Shown here: positions 49,978 to 61,034 of the stretch, piece after piece
Layout: each line of letters opens with the position of its first letter
Numbering within the stretch: position 1 is the stretch's first letter
From: Candidatus Moanibacter sp.
GTDB taxonomy: Bacteria > Verrucomicrobiota > Verrucomicrobiia > Opitutales > UBA2987
Assembly (NCBI GenBank): GCA_965215885.1
Contig: CBDCEW010000104.1
Location: 96,001-160,000 of the forward strand
Length of the DNA stretch: 64,000 bases
Direction: 5' to 3'
Program-made: the position numbers and the translations under genes
The notes under the pieces: generated by a model
What the model was told of the DNA's origin: nothing
The model's database searches: none
The model's input: only the letters and a program-made list of their open reading frames with translations

Positions 49978-51046
49978 TTACTTACCCGGAAAACCCGGAT
50001 TCTGCTTCCGGCAGACTCCGAGTACACGCATCATCTCCCGGACCTGGCGGGGATCGATCGGAAATCTCCTGCGATGTTTGAGAGTGGCGTGGACAGCGTC
50101 GTAGAACTCGCTGCGAGATTTACCTGCGAACTCAAAACCCTCCTCTTTCCAGGGCAGCTTATCGGAGTTTCCATAGACGCGCCCCTCGACGCGAGGGTCT
50201 TCGATGACTTTGATTTTCGGCGCTTTTTTCGGATCATCCTCCTCTTTAGTATCTGAGGCGCGCAGTGCTATTTGTAAGTGTCATCGCGCCACAGGTGCCG
50301 AGAAGCGTCCATTCCGGCGCGTGTTGCGTCGTAGCCGCTGAAGTTGAATCTTCCATATCTATGGTGACTCCACTCTCTGTGCGGAGGAGCAATTTTACGT
50401 GATCTTCAACATCGCCGGTGTCTGAGATGTGTTTCAAGTCGCAAAGAATGTCCTTAACCGGTGAGTCAACGAGAGATAGGGCCTGATCGAGAGGGTGGGT
50501 GATTTTGTTGTTTAACTGTCCGCCACTAAACTTCCGTAGACATTGCCAGTCGTTACGCCGCTTGTAACTGTGCGAGCAGTAACCGATATGGGTGAGAGCG
50601 CCGATCTTCCTGCTCTTAAGGACCTCCTGGAAGAGGTTGTAGGCCCCGGAAAATCGATAATTCTGATGGACAAACAGGTGCACCCCCTCCTCCTCGGCAG
50701 TGCGAATCATGCGGTCGGCTTCTCTCAGGGTGGCCGACATCGGTTTTTCGACCACGACGTGGCGTCCTGACTTCATCACACGAATTGCCTGAGCGGCGTG
50801 AAGCACGGTTGGAGTCGCCACGATCACGAGTTCCGCGGGAGATTCTTTCAGCAGCTTCCCCAGGTCTGTGTAGGAATCGCAACCAAGCTCTTCCTCCGCC
50901 TGCCGTCGCCGTTCTTCATCGAGATCGAGAACGGATACGATTTCGTAACGGGGGTCGCCGCGCATTCCGAAGACGTGGATTTTCCACCCGGATCTTCCGA
51001 GTGCCAGGACGGCCGCTTTAATGGGTTTTCCTCTCCTTTTTGCCAT
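49978..51046 (-). pseudogene. Gfo/Idh/MocA oxidoreductase, frameshifted by a 10-bp insertion
   Basis: LGRSG, VEKPM. Removing cctcctcttt (50238-50247) restores ...LRYYDPKKAP...LPWKEE...FYDAVHATL...PGFPGK*. Confidence 0.85.
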
Positions 51047-51092
51047 ATTGTTTCTTCGTATAACAAGAATCCGTCATTCGAATCAATAAGAA

Positions 51093-51182
51093 AGGAATCT
51101 GTCGGTCTCATCTGCGTTGGAATGTCGATCTGTGACTCCCGGCGTGCCGGGATTAGGAATTCTAAGTCCGACAGATTCCTAG
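51093..51182. mobile_element. MITE family A, full copy
   Basis: Near-identical to 18362-18449. Confidence 0.85.
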
Positions 51183-51287
51183 CTGATTGCAGATAATATT
51201 CTCGTCTGGGACGCTGCGGGCTTCATAAAGTCTGATAGAGTAGGTTCAAGATGAGTTTGCTCATTATAATCGCGAGACGTACAGATT

Positions 51288-52922
51288 ATGACAGTTACTG
51301 ATGCTATAGCCAGTGTTCTAAAAGCGGAAGGGGTCGAAAATCTCTTCGCCTATCCCGTAAATCACTTAATAGAAGGGGCGGCGAAACTCGATATCCGTCC
51401 CATCATCGTTCGCCAGGAACGAATAGGGCTTCACATGGCGGATGCCATGAGCCGCCTCTCATCCGGAAAGCGTATCGGCGTCTTTTGCATGCAGCATGGA
51501 CCGGGTACCGAGAACGCTTTTGGAGGCGTCGCCCAGGCATTCGGCGAATCTTCACCAGTGTTGGTATTGCCGGCCGGGTTCCCGCGGTCCCTGGCCCATA
51601 TTCGACCGAATTTCAACGCTTACTTAAACTTTCAGTACGTCACCAAGTCCTGTGAGACGTTGAGCAGCGCCAGCGTGGTGGCTGAAGTCATGCGCCGTGC
51701 ATTTACGCAAGTGCGAAACGGTCGGCCCGGACCAGTAATGGTTGAAATTCCCTTCGATCTCTTCGGGGAGGAAGTGCCCGAGCCATTCAATTACACCGCA
51801 GTCCCTGTCACAAGAACAGCTCCCGATCCGTTGGCAGTCGACGAAGTCGCGGCCGCAATCCTGGAGGCAGAGCGTCCCGTTATCTATGCCGGGCAGGGTG
51901 TCCATTACGCTGAAGCGTGGAGTTCCTTGCGGGCGCTTGCGGAGCTGCTCGAGGCTCCTGTCGCGACCACTTTGGATGGTAAAAGCGCTTTTCCCGAAAG
52001 TCATCCTCTCTCGCTGGGATCGGGAGGCATTGGCGTGCCGAAAACTGTATCCGAGTTTGTGAGGAAAGCGGATCTGATCTTTGGTATTGGTTGCAGTTTC
52101 ACTCGATCTTCCTTCGCAATCGATATACCGGAAGATAAAACTATTGTCCACGGAACTCTCGACCCGGCCGATATCAACAAGGATGTCGAGGTGACGCACG
52201 CCTTGGTGGGTGACGCGGACCTGATTCTCAAGGCTCTTGTCGAATGTGTAACGGATCGCCTTGGAGGGAAGCCGCGCGGCCGCATTGCGGATGTGACCGG
52301 TGAGATCGAGACGATGAAGGGCGAATGGCTGGACGACTGGTTGCCGAAATTGACGGATAATTCGACTCCTTTCTCACCCTACCGGGTCATATGGGATCTT
52401 CTGCACACGGTTGATGTTGCCAACACAATCATCACCCACGACGCGGGAAGTCCAAGAGACCAGCTTTCACCTTTCTGGGCGTGCACGACCCCTCTCTCTT
52501 ACATCGGATGGGGCAAGACCACCCAACTCGGTTACGGTCTGGGCCTGGCCATGGGAGCAAAGCTGGCCTGTCCGGACAAACTTTGCATAAACGTCTGGGG
52601 CGATGCAGCGATCGGCTTTACTGGCATGGATTTTGAGACGGCGGTTCGAGAACGCATTCCGATTCTCTCGGTATTGTTTAATAATTTCTCAATGGCGATC
52701 GAACTGAATATCATGCCCGTCTCCACCGAGAAGTATCGCAGCACCGACATCTCTGGGAATTATTCGAAAATGGCTGAAGCTTTCGGCGGTTATGGGGAGC
52801 GGGTGGAATCTCCAAATGAGATTGTTCCCGCCATCAACCGCGGTATACGGAAAACGGAAGAGGGCGTGCCTGCGCTCCTCGAGTTCATGACCTCCAAGGA
52901 GGTCGATGTCTCCCGTTTCTGA
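51288..52922 (+). CDS. Thiamine-diphosphate-dependent enzyme (acetolactate synthase-like superfamily)
   Basis: RQER, QHGPG, GDAAIG...FNN ThDP motif. Confidence 0.9.
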   Translation: MTVTDAIASVLKAEGVENLFAYPVNHLIEGAAKLDIRPIIVRQERIGLHMADAMSRLSSGKRIGVFCMQHGPGTENAFGGVAQAFGESSPVLVLPAGFPRSLAHIRPNFNAYLNFQYVTKSCETLSSASVVAEVMRRAFTQVRNGRPGPVMVEIPFDLFGEEVPEPFNYTAVPVTRTAPDPLAVDEVAAAILEAERPVIYAGQGVHYAEAWSSLRALAELLEAPVATTLDGKSAFPESHPLSLGSGGIGVPKTVSEFVRKADLIFGIGCSFTRSSFAIDIPEDKTIVHGTLDPADINKDVEVTHALVGDADLILKALVECVTDRLGGKPRGRIADVTGEIETMKGEWLDDWLPKLTDNSTPFSPYRVIWDLLHTVDVANTIITHDAGSPRDQLSPFWACTTPLSYIGWGKTTQLGYGLGLAMGAKLACPDKLCINVWGDAAIGFTGMDFETAVRERIPILSVLFNNFSMAIELNIMPVSTEKYRSTDISGNYSKMAEAFGGYGERVESPNEIVPAINRGIRKTEEGVPALLEFMTSKEVDVSRF

Positions 52923-53017
52923 GAGTACGACTGAGTCAAAGGAACTGAACCGGAACCCACTTCGCCCTATGGGTTGCGAAATTGCCGCGACTTCAGAATG
53001 CCAGGTCCGACAGATTC

Positions 53018-53986
53018 CTAAAACCAATTCGCCTTATCCACGATATTGACGAGTTCCTCTCCGTCAGCGAACCGTTTTGCATTTTTTGCCATGAGCGCGA
53101 CTCGTCTTCCATGCAAATGAGGACCGGAGGCAGCGACGTGAGGCGTCATAAGGAAGTTTGGCGCCGTCCATAGGGGGTGTTCTTTTGGGAGCGGCTCCTC
53201 TTCAAAGACATCGAGAGCGGCACCGGCAATCTGATTCTCCCGGAGAGCCCGATCGAGGTCGGCCAGCACTACATTAGATCCCCTTCCGATATTGATGAAA
53301 AAGGCACTCTGTTTCATTCGCTCGAATTTCGCCGAGTTGAAAAGCCCTTCGGTCGAGGGTGTCTGCGGCGCTGTTAGAATGACAAAATCCGCGCTGGGCA
53401 GGAGCGATTCGAGGTCTTCGGGCCGGTGGAGTTCATCAACGCCGTCTGGAGCCGTCGTGACGCGGGGGTCGACGCCAATCACCTTCATGCCCCAATGCTT
53501 ACAATGGCGGGCAGTTTCGCCACCGATACCGCCGACACCGATGATAAGCGCGGTCGATTCGGGCAGGTAAGTGGAGGTTCTCGACTCACCGCCTTCTTGC
53601 CAGCGACCTTCGAACTGATCGCGAAAGTATTGATGCATTTCCCGCGAAAATACGAGGATGAAGGCCATAATATGGGTCGAGATGTGGTCGTTGAAGATAC
53701 CACGGAAATTGGTTACAACGACGTCGCTTCGGATCAGTTCGTTGAAATAGTAACCCTTGGGAGGACCTGCCGCGGGAGCGGCCAGCCACTTCAGGTTGGT
53801 GCCCGCCGTGAGCAACTCCGGATCGAGGGTGCCGAAACAGGCGTCGGCCCCGGGCAGGGCGGCAAGGGCCTCCTGTCGGTTCGAGCAATGATTGATCTCC
53901 AAATTCGGAACAGCTTTCCGCATTGCTTCCGCAAAGAGGTTTTCTCGTCTACTCGGAGGCGGAAGGAACACGAATTTGTATGACAT
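53018..53986 (-). CDS. D-2-hydroxyacid dehydrogenase
   Basis: GVGGIG, NIGRG, LDVFEEEPLP, TPH. Confidence 0.92.
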   Translation of the reverse strand: MSYKFVFLPPPSRRENLFAEAMRKAVPNLEINHCSNRQEALAALPGADACFGTLDPELLTAGTNLKWLAAPAAGPPKGYYFNELIRSDVVVTNFRGIFNDHISTHIMAFILVFSREMHQYFRDQFEGRWQEGGESRTSTYLPESTALIIGVGGIGGETARHCKHWGMKVIGVDPRVTTAPDGVDELHRPEDLESLLPSADFVILTAPQTPSTEGLFNSAKFERMKQSAFFINIGRGSNVVLADLDRALRENQIAGAALDVFEEEPLPKEHPLWTAPNFLMTPHVAASGPHLHGRRVALMAKNAKRFADGEELVNIVDKANWF

Positions 53987-54205
53987 TATTTTCGTTACCT
54001 CATCACGAATTCTATCGCAAACCCTTTTCTCCGGAAATTCTCCACGAATCTTACCGGTTCTTCAATGGCGAGGTTCACACTGGGCAATCAACAACTGCTG
54101 TGTCAAAGATACAGGATGAAACAGTGTTGCTTGTTTCAGACTCGACACGTATTCTCCGATAGAAAGGGATGATCGAAGCATTAAAGAGCCCAACCGACTG
54201 AATGC

Positions 54206-55144
54206 ATGCGGACGGTCCTCGACGAAATCGGCAATACCGCGCTGGTGGAATTGCAAAGCCTCGGACGTGGATTACCACAACCCGTCTTAGCAAAGTGTGA
54301 GCACCTCAATCCTGGCGGTAGCGTCAAAGATCGTATAGCCCTCGCGATCGTCGACGACGCTGAGGAACGTGGATTGCTGCGACCTGGGATGACGCTGGTC
54401 GAAGCGACGGCGGGAAACACCGGGGTGGGTCTCGCGCTCGTCGCGGGCCTGCGCGGATACGACCTTGTCTGCGTCATGCCTGAGAAAATGAGCCACGACA
54501 AACGTCGGGCTCTCGCATCGTTGGGAGCGCGGGTAGTCATCACTCCGAACGCGCCGCCGAGCAGCCAGGACAATTTTCAGAACGCGGCCCGTTCCATGGC
54601 GGCTGAGGAGGGCTGGTTCCTGACGGATCAGTTCGAGAATCCGGTCAATGTACAAGTCCACAAGGAGACGACTGGTGCCGAGATCCTCGAACAGTGCGGC
54701 GGGTGCTTGGGCGCATTCGTCTCGGGTGCGGGAACCGGGGGAACGATAAGTGGCGTTGGGCGGGCCCTCAAACATGCAAATCCGGATTTGGTTATCGTCC
54801 TCGCGGACCCGGTCGGTTCGGGTCTTGCCGGATGGGTCGAAACCGGTGAAATCGGGCCGGACGGCCCCTATTCAGTTGAAGGCATCGGCGCGAGCAAGCC
54901 GCCAGGGAACCTGCACCGTGATTTCATTGACGCCGCCGAGAGCATCAGGGACGAGGAGAGCTTCGAAATAACGCGCCGACTGATCGTCGAGGAGGGGCTT
55001 CTCGTGGGAGGTTCCTCTGGCACAAATGTCGCCGCTGCTCTTCGAATTGCGTCCCGCAACGAAGTGAAGGGCCCCGTGGTTACAGTTCTTCCTGACTAAT
55101 GGGATCGCTACTTTGATACCGATTGGATGAAAGCCTGGAGGTGA
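54206..55144 (+). pseudogene. Cysteine synthase/cystathionine beta-synthase family protein with a late nonsense codon
   Basis: NPGGSVKDR, ATAGNTG, GAGTGGT. TAA at 55097-55099 interrupts PD*WDRY; the frame continues to TGA 55144. Confidence 0.8.
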
Positions 55145-55345
55145 CGAAGCTCTCTCCATTTGTCAGCGATACGAGAAACGATTGAATGTGGGCCTGTAAG
55201 AATCCTTATGATATTGACCAATGCTCGACGTAATTTGATAACCTAACCCGGAAATTTGTGAGGAAAGCTGGCTATGTCCGCAGGAAACCAAAGGACGTTT
55301 AGTCGGAAAATATTCCTGGAAATCTGAAAAAAGGAAAGCAAGGAC

Positions 55346-56728
55346 ATGTCAAAGAAAAAGCGGTATGCCCAAGTAGGTCTCGGTGGACGCCATCTTCTCT
55401 GGCGAAACTCCGTCCTGGATTCGCACTCAGAGTATTGTGAGCTGGTAGGTTTGTGTGACATCAATGAAGGGCGTCTGCGATTGGCGCAGCGGCAGGTCGA
55501 AGAGAAATCGGAGCAACGCATACCCGGATACGGTGGTGAGGAGTTTGACCGAATGATAGAGGAGACACGGCCCGATTGCGTGATTGTGACCACGATAGAC
55601 CGGACACACGACTTTTTCATCTGTCGTGCCATGGAACTCGGTTGCGATGTCATCACAGAAAAACCGATTACGATCGATGAGAATCGTTGTCAGCGAATCC
55701 TCGATACGCAGAAGAGGACGGGAAGAGAAATACGAGTGACCTTTAACTATCGCTATTCTCCGCCCCGTACTCAGATAAAGGAGTTGCTTATGTCGGGGCT
55801 GATCGGCGAGATCCTTTCGGTTGATTTTCATTGGATGCTCGATACCCGTCACGGTGCGGATTACTTTCGCCGTTGGCATCGAAAGAAGGAGAATTCCGGC
55901 GGTCTGCTCGTCCATAAGGCGACGCATCATTTCGATCTGGTAAACTGGTGGCTATCGTCCGTTCCGGATTCAGTTTTTGCAGTAGGGCATCTCAGATTCT
56001 ACAAACCTGAAACGGCCGAGCGATACGGATTGGTGGACCGGGGGGAGCGTTGTCATGATTGCGGTTCGGCGGGCAGGTGTCCGTTTTTTCTCGATCTCAG
56101 TGGCGGAAAGTCGACTAACGGCAAGAGCGAGCTCGCGGGACTGTATCTTGAATGCGAAGAATACGACGGCTACTATCGTGACCGTTGCGTCTTCAGCGGA
56201 GAGATTGATATTGAGGATTCGATGAATGTGATCGTCTCCTATCGCAGCGGCGTAAAGATGACTTATTCGCTGAATGCATTCAGTCCCTGGGAGGGCCATA
56301 CCGTTGCTTTCAACGGGACGCGAGGACGCATCGAACACAAATGCGAGGAGTCAGTTTACATCAGCGGGGACGGGTCGGTTCCGGGAGCGTTGAAACGCGA
56401 GGGAACATGGACGAGAATCTATCCGCATTGGAAGGAAGCCTACGAAGTGGATATCTGGGTCGCTGAAGGGGGCCACGGGGGAGGGGATCAGCCTCTCGTG
56501 GAGGACGTATTCAGCCCTTCTCCACCAAAAGACAAGTATCTGCGAACCGCGGACCACCGAGCCGGGATATGGTCAGTCATCACGGGAGCGGCTGCCAATC
56601 GCTCGATCGAAACCGGTGAAGCCGTATCCATCGACTCAATTATCACGGGTTTGGAGATGCCGGATTATCCACCCATGCCGGACGGTTCAGAACCACTTTC
56701 GGTCCCGGAGGAAGCGGTCGCCGGCTAA
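55346..56728 (+). CDS. Gfo/Idh/MocA oxidoreductase
   Basis: VGLGGR, TEKP, HGADYFRRWH, HKATHHFDL, GHGGGD. Confidence 0.92.
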   Translation: MSKKKRYAQVGLGGRHLLWRNSVLDSHSEYCELVGLCDINEGRLRLAQRQVEEKSEQRIPGYGGEEFDRMIEETRPDCVIVTTIDRTHDFFICRAMELGCDVITEKPITIDENRCQRILDTQKRTGREIRVTFNYRYSPPRTQIKELLMSGLIGEILSVDFHWMLDTRHGADYFRRWHRKKENSGGLLVHKATHHFDLVNWWLSSVPDSVFAVGHLRFYKPETAERYGLVDRGERCHDCGSAGRCPFFLDLSGGKSTNGKSELAGLYLECEEYDGYYRDRCVFSGEIDIEDSMNVIVSYRSGVKMTYSLNAFSPWEGHTVAFNGTRGRIEHKCEESVYISGDGSVPGALKREGTWTRIYPHWKEAYEVDIWVAEGGHGGGDQPLVEDVFSPSPPKDKYLRTADHRAGIWSVITGAAANRSIETGEAVSIDSIITGLEMPDYPPMPDGSEPLSVPEEAVAG

Positions 56729-56806
56729 GCATGCGGTGCGAACACAGGTATGAATTCGAAGATCATGCGGCGAACGCTTCTTGAAGCTGGGAATCGGCTC
56801 GGGATT

Positions 56807-56945
56807 AACCCACCCCTGCCCCTCCCGGGAGGGAATAACCCACCCCTAACCCCTCCGCGGGAGGGGAACTTAATAAGCGAACAACGAATTGAAAAGATCC
56901 CCTCCTGCGGAGGGGTGGGCCCGTTCAGCGGGACCGGGGTGGCTG
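56807..56945. repeat. REP-like cluster (AACCCACCCCT...CCCTCC...GGAGGG)
   Basis: Two direct units plus one inverted unit; related unit at 2128-2158. Confidence 0.7.
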
Positions 56946-57089
56946 TAGGGCGGAATGGGTGGAGTCAAAGGTTCATCCATGTTTGATCCGGCCTGGCGTG
57001 GGCGAGTCGAACCGACAAATCGTAACGTGACCAGGGGTCCGATGATCAGCAGGTAGCTCGCTGATCAAGGAAGAGCTACCAATAATCCA

Positions 57090-58013
57090 TTGAGTCATCC
57101 TGAGCAGGGTTTTCTGGGAATAGAGATCGGGGGAAGTAAACTCCAGATCGTTTATGGTAAAGGCGCCGGCGACATCCAGAAACGGCGTAGATTTGAAGTC
57201 GATCAGGAGCTTGGCGGAGACGGCATTCGCAATCAGATAAAGGGTGCCGTTTTTGAAATGATTCGTGAATGCTCCCCGGTTGGTATTGGCGTTGGTTTTG
57301 GCGGGCCCGTAGATTGGCGTAACGGTCGAATCAGCCGGTCTCATCAGATTGAAGGCTGGTCTGGGTTTGAACTGGCGGATTGGTTGTCCGAACTGGCCCG
57401 GTTGCCTGTTTGCGTGGAAAACGATACCAACCTCGCGGCCCTCGCGGAAGCGCACCGTGGCAGCGGTCAGGGGAAATCGCCTGTGTTCTACGTGACTCTT
57501 GGCAGTGGTGTCGGGGGTGGACTGATTGTGAAAGGCGAGATCTATCACGGTGTCGCTCCTGGAGAATCTGAAATTGGACATATCCGGTTGGACCAACAGG
57601 GTGCCATCGTCGAAGATCGATGCTCCGGCTGGGCCGTCGATCGAAAGATCAGAGACGTCTGCCGTGAACAGCCGGAATCTCTGTTAGCGAAGTTGGCCCG
57701 GGAATCTCCAGGAAGTGACGCGAGGCATTTAAGCCGGGCTCTGCAGGAAAATGATCCAGTGGCCCAGGAGGTGCTTGCGGAAACTGTGAATGACCTTGCT
57801 CTTGGATTGTCCCACGTCGTTCACCTCTTTCATCCTGAAGTGATTGCCATTGGAGGTGGATTGTCTCTCCTGGGCGAGCCTCTACGCGAGGCCCTGATGA
57901 GAGTGTTACCGCGATTTGTTATGGGAGTTTTTCGAGACAGAATGGACGTTAGGTTAGCTTCCTTGGGGGAGGATTCCGTCCCCGCCGGAGCCCTGATTCT
58001 GGCGGGACGATAA
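57090..58013 (+). CDS. ROK family sugar kinase
   Basis: EIGGSK, GFGGPVD, ENDTN, GSGVGGG, EIGH. Confidence 0.92.
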   Translation: MSHPEQGFLGIEIGGSKLQIVYGKGAGDIQKRRRFEVDQELGGDGIRNQIKGAVFEMIRECSPVGIGVGFGGPVDWRNGRISRSHQIEGWSGFELADWLSELARLPVCVENDTNLAALAEAHRGSGQGKSPVFYVTLGSGVGGGLIVKGEIYHGVAPGESEIGHIRLDQQGAIVEDRCSGWAVDRKIRDVCREQPESLLAKLARESPGSDARHLSRALQENDPVAQEVLAETVNDLALGLSHVVHLFHPEVIAIGGGLSLLGEPLREALMRVLPRFVMGVFRDRMDVRLASLGEDSVPAGALILAGR

Positions 58014-58050
58014 CTAATCGTTGAGACTCCAGCAATAAAATGCTGCGGAA

Positions 58051-58085
58051 TCTCATTTCACATTTAACAGAAATGTGAAATGAGA
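58051..58085. terminator. 15-bp perfect hairpin between convergent genes (terminator or collapsed MITE D)
   Basis: tctcatttcacattt-aacag-aaatgtgaaatgaga; shares CATTTCACA with the MITE D ends. Confidence 0.5.
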
Positions 58086-58092
58086 GGCGTTT

Positions 58093-58187
58093 GTCATTGC
58101 GAGGTCTGCGGCACAGCAGACCGTGGCAATCTAGTGTTACAGATGGTCGAATGCGTGGATTGCTTCGTCATTCTTCCTCGCAATGAC
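58093..58187. repeat. RPE-like palindromic element
   Basis: GTCATTGCGAGG...GCAATCT...GATTGCTTCGTC...CCTCGCAATGAC. Confidence 0.75.
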
Positions 58188-58235
58188 GAGCTTCAAATGG
58201 GGCGGGGAGTCGACTCAATCCTCCATGCCGTTACA

Positions 58236-59198
58236 CTATTTCATCACACCGAGTGATTTCTCCCCCGCGCTGATGAATTCTACGGCGGGACTCTCGATGC
58301 GTCCGTAGGCGTTCCACACCTTGAAGCCGAGGAGGGCGAGAAGGTCTTCGTCGACTTCATCGATGACCTCCTTGTGTGTACCCACCGTGAAGTTTGTCTG
58401 CGGTCTGAATTGGGGTCCGCAAAAGGTCGACAGAATGGCCAGTCGATCATGAGCTCCGGTGTGTGCGCCGGTACCATGCCATGTGCGCGCGTCCAGAACA
58501 AGCGCGGTGCCGGCCGAGGCCTCGGGTTGAACGGTTTCGGACTCGCCCGCTTCGTTGGGTTGGAACCCCCGAAGATGACTTCCAGGGACGAGTCGCGTCG
58601 CTCCGGTCTCGGTCGTGAAATCCACCAGCATCCAGATGACATTGACGGCGGCGAGCGGCGCAATCATGGGAAGTTCGGTGGAATCGTCCGTATCAAATCG
58701 CTCTCGTGTCATCGACCCGATCGGCAAGGGATCGCGGTCGCGCCGGGTCGGCGCCGGCATCCACCATTGATCGGTGTGGAGCGGCATCGCGACTCCGCCT
58801 GGTTTAGCGATATTTGCGGAATAACTGGAGAGGAGGTATTCCTCCCCGAGGAATCGATCGACCATGGCCCGGACGGATCTGACCTTGAATATCTCATGAA
58901 AGACGCGACCCTTGTTGATGAGGTTCCAAACACGTTGGTTCCGTCCACCGGCTGCTTCCTTAAATGCTTCCGGCCGAATGCGTCCGTCCTCGTCACGAAA
59001 TGCACCCCAGTTCTGTTGGGAGCCCCCGTCTCTGAAATCCAACTGGTGCGCGATCTCCGCCGCTGCCTGTTCAACGAGCCTTTCCGACATCGCCTCAACC
59101 TGCTCCGAAGACAGAGCATTCGCGATCAAGCAGAAGCCCGCCTCCTTAAAATCGCGTTTCGCAATTTGCAGGTTTTCTGTAGGATCAGGATTAGTCAT
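58236..59198 (-). CDS. Phytanoyl-CoA dioxygenase (PhyH) family protein
   Basis: LHTDQ (HxD), GATRLVPGSH, WHG, RLAI. Confidence 0.9.
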   Translation of the reverse strand: MTNPDPTENLQIAKRDFKEAGFCLIANALSSEQVEAMSERLVEQAAAEIAHQLDFRDGGSQQNWGAFRDEDGRIRPEAFKEAAGGRNQRVWNLINKGRVFHEIFKVRSVRAMVDRFLGEEYLLSSYSANIAKPGGVAMPLHTDQWWMPAPTRRDRDPLPIGSMTRERFDTDDSTELPMIAPLAAVNVIWMLVDFTTETGATRLVPGSHLRGFQPNEAGESETVQPEASAGTALVLDARTWHGTGAHTGAHDRLAILSTFCGPQFRPQTNFTVGTHKEVIDEVDEDLLALLGFKVWNAYGRIESPAVEFISAGEKSLGVMK

Positions 59199-59354
59199 TG
59201 ATTCTTGTGGAAATCTCCCACGTTCTTGCGAACACGGCTACTGTGCTCCGTAGGTCGTTGATATTTGTAGCCGCCCTGCCGTACGGCAGGGTGGTCTCCA
59301 ATTCCAAGACGATGACTTTTTCACTGGCATCTCCATTTAAAGGATTCCACGATT

Positions 59355-61034
59355 CTAATCCGGCAACCATACGCTCGGAGCGATTCCGGCGATGTCCGTC
59401 TTTACATCGACTATAGCCGGTTTTCCAGACGCAAAGGCCTGGTCGATGGCGCCTGCGATCTCGGCCGGTTTATCCACGCGGATGCCGCATCCACCCATCG
59501 ACTCCGCCATAGCGGCAAAATCCGCATCTTCGAATACCCAGAGTTCGTCTGACCCCACAGTCTGCTCGCCGTATATCCTCTCATTGACGCTCTTTTCCTG
59601 ATTGAGAGAATGATTATTGTTGATGACGGTAACTGTTTGAATTCCGCAGCGCACCGCCGTCTCGAGTTCAGTCATGTGATACCAGATCCCCCCATCCCCA
59701 GAAAAGCAGACAACGGGCCGATCGCCGACGGCACATTTTGCACCCAAGGCTGCGGGAAATCCCCAGCCGAGCGACCCTGCGCACCGAAGGTAGTTCTGCT
59801 CCGGGTACTTGAGATCAATCATCGTTCCGGTCCATATGCCCGCGTGTCCTGTGTCCGATACAAAAACCGCGTCAGAAGGGAGACAATCAGTCAATTCCTT
59901 GCATAAGCGTTCCGGTCTAATCGGAATCGTATCCGCCTGAAAAAGTGGATCCATCTCGTCGCGCCACTCCTTTACGATCCGTTCAACTCTCTGGTTCCAG
60001 GCCGGATGCGTATTTTCCGCCCCTGCACCCGAGGCATCGAGCAATCTACGCAGCGCCGCCCCTGCATCGGCCTGCATCGCAACTTCAGCGGGATAGCTTC
60101 TTCCCAACTCCGTTGGGTCGATATCGATCTGCACGACTCGTGTTCCGGGCGCCGGAATGCGCCAGTGGTGGGTTACCTGGCCGCCGGTATGACTGCCGAT
60201 GAAAATTACGAGGTCCGCTTCAAAGACGACACGGTTGGCACACGCGCGTGAGTATTCGCCAGGTACTCCAACCGAAAGCGGATGATCGTGCGGCATTGTG
60301 GTCTTCGCGTTGAGGGCTGTTGCCACGGGTATCGAATGCCGCTCCGCGAAGGCCAACAGCTCATCGCGGGCGCCTGAAGCGGTCACTCCTCCACCGGCCA
60401 CGATGACGGGACGCTCCGCGGAACCGATCGCGGCGAGCGCATCCCGCACGCTCTCATCTCCAGGCTCCGGCCGAAAGGGGGGCAGACTTGCGAAAATCTT
60501 CTCTTGCACGACCTCGAGGTCCGCAGCCGCATCCGCAATTTCGTCACCGATGAATCCTTCAATATCGAGGTGGGTTGGCCCGGGACACCCTACCACCGCC
60601 TCACGAAAAGCCTGCCGCAGCCGAAACGGAAGCTGATCTAGTCCCGTGACGAGGACATTGTACTTCGTCACTGCTTCGAAAGGGGCGAGATGATCGACTT
60701 CCTGGTAGGCATGCCGGTGCTGTTCGAGCTCTCTGCAACGCCCGGTTATGGCGATGACTGGCGAGCACGCGAGATAGGCATCCTGTAGTCCTGCCGCCAG
60801 ATTAACCGCACCGACGGATTGAGACATGCAGAGACCCGGCCCCCTCGAGATTCGCGCATAGCCGTCAGCCATATAGGCAGCAGCCTTCTCCCCGTGTGTC
60901 ATGACGCGGCGGATACCGCGCTTTTCCATTTCCATGAGCGCTCGCGGCGCGATCACAGGCATAAAAAATACATGCGTAATTCCGTAACCCTGGGCGGATT
61001 CCGCAATGAATTCTCCACCTTTCATTCTTGCCAT
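59355..61034 (-). CDS. Thiamine-diphosphate-binding protein (acetolactate synthase-like)
   Basis: HGEKAAAYMADGYAR, GSLGWG, GDGG...NNN. Confidence 0.92.
   Translation of the reverse strand: MARMKGGEFIAESAQGYGITHVFFMPVIAPRALMEMEKRGIRRVMTHGEKAAAYMADGYARISRGPGLCMSQSVGAVNLAAGLQDAYLACSPVIAITGRCRELEQHRHAYQEVDHLAPFEAVTKYNVLVTGLDQLPFRLRQAFREAVVGCPGPTHLDIEGFIGDEIADAAADLEVVQEKIFASLPPFRPEPGDESVRDALAAIGSAERPVIVAGGGVTASGARDELLAFAERHSIPVATALNAKTTMPHDHPLSVGVPGEYSRACANRVVFEADLVIFIGSHTGGQVTHHWRIPAPGTRVVQIDIDPTELGRSYPAEVAMQADAGAALRRLLDASGAGAENTHPAWNQRVERIVKEWRDEMDPLFQADTIPIRPERLCKELTDCLPSDAVFVSDTGHAGIWTGTMIDLKYPEQNYLRCAGSLGWGFPAALGAKCAVGDRPVVCFSGDGGIWYHMTELETAVRCGIQTVTVINNNHSLNQEKSVNERIYGEQTVGSDELWVFEDADFAAMAESMGGCGIRVDKPAEIAGAIDQAFASGKPAIVDVKTDIAGIAPSVWLPD

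Noticed and set aside
55097..55099. Stop-codon recoding or selenocysteine in the cysteine synthase
   Set aside because: The codon is TAA, which ends many normal genes here; a point mutation or sequencing error is simpler.
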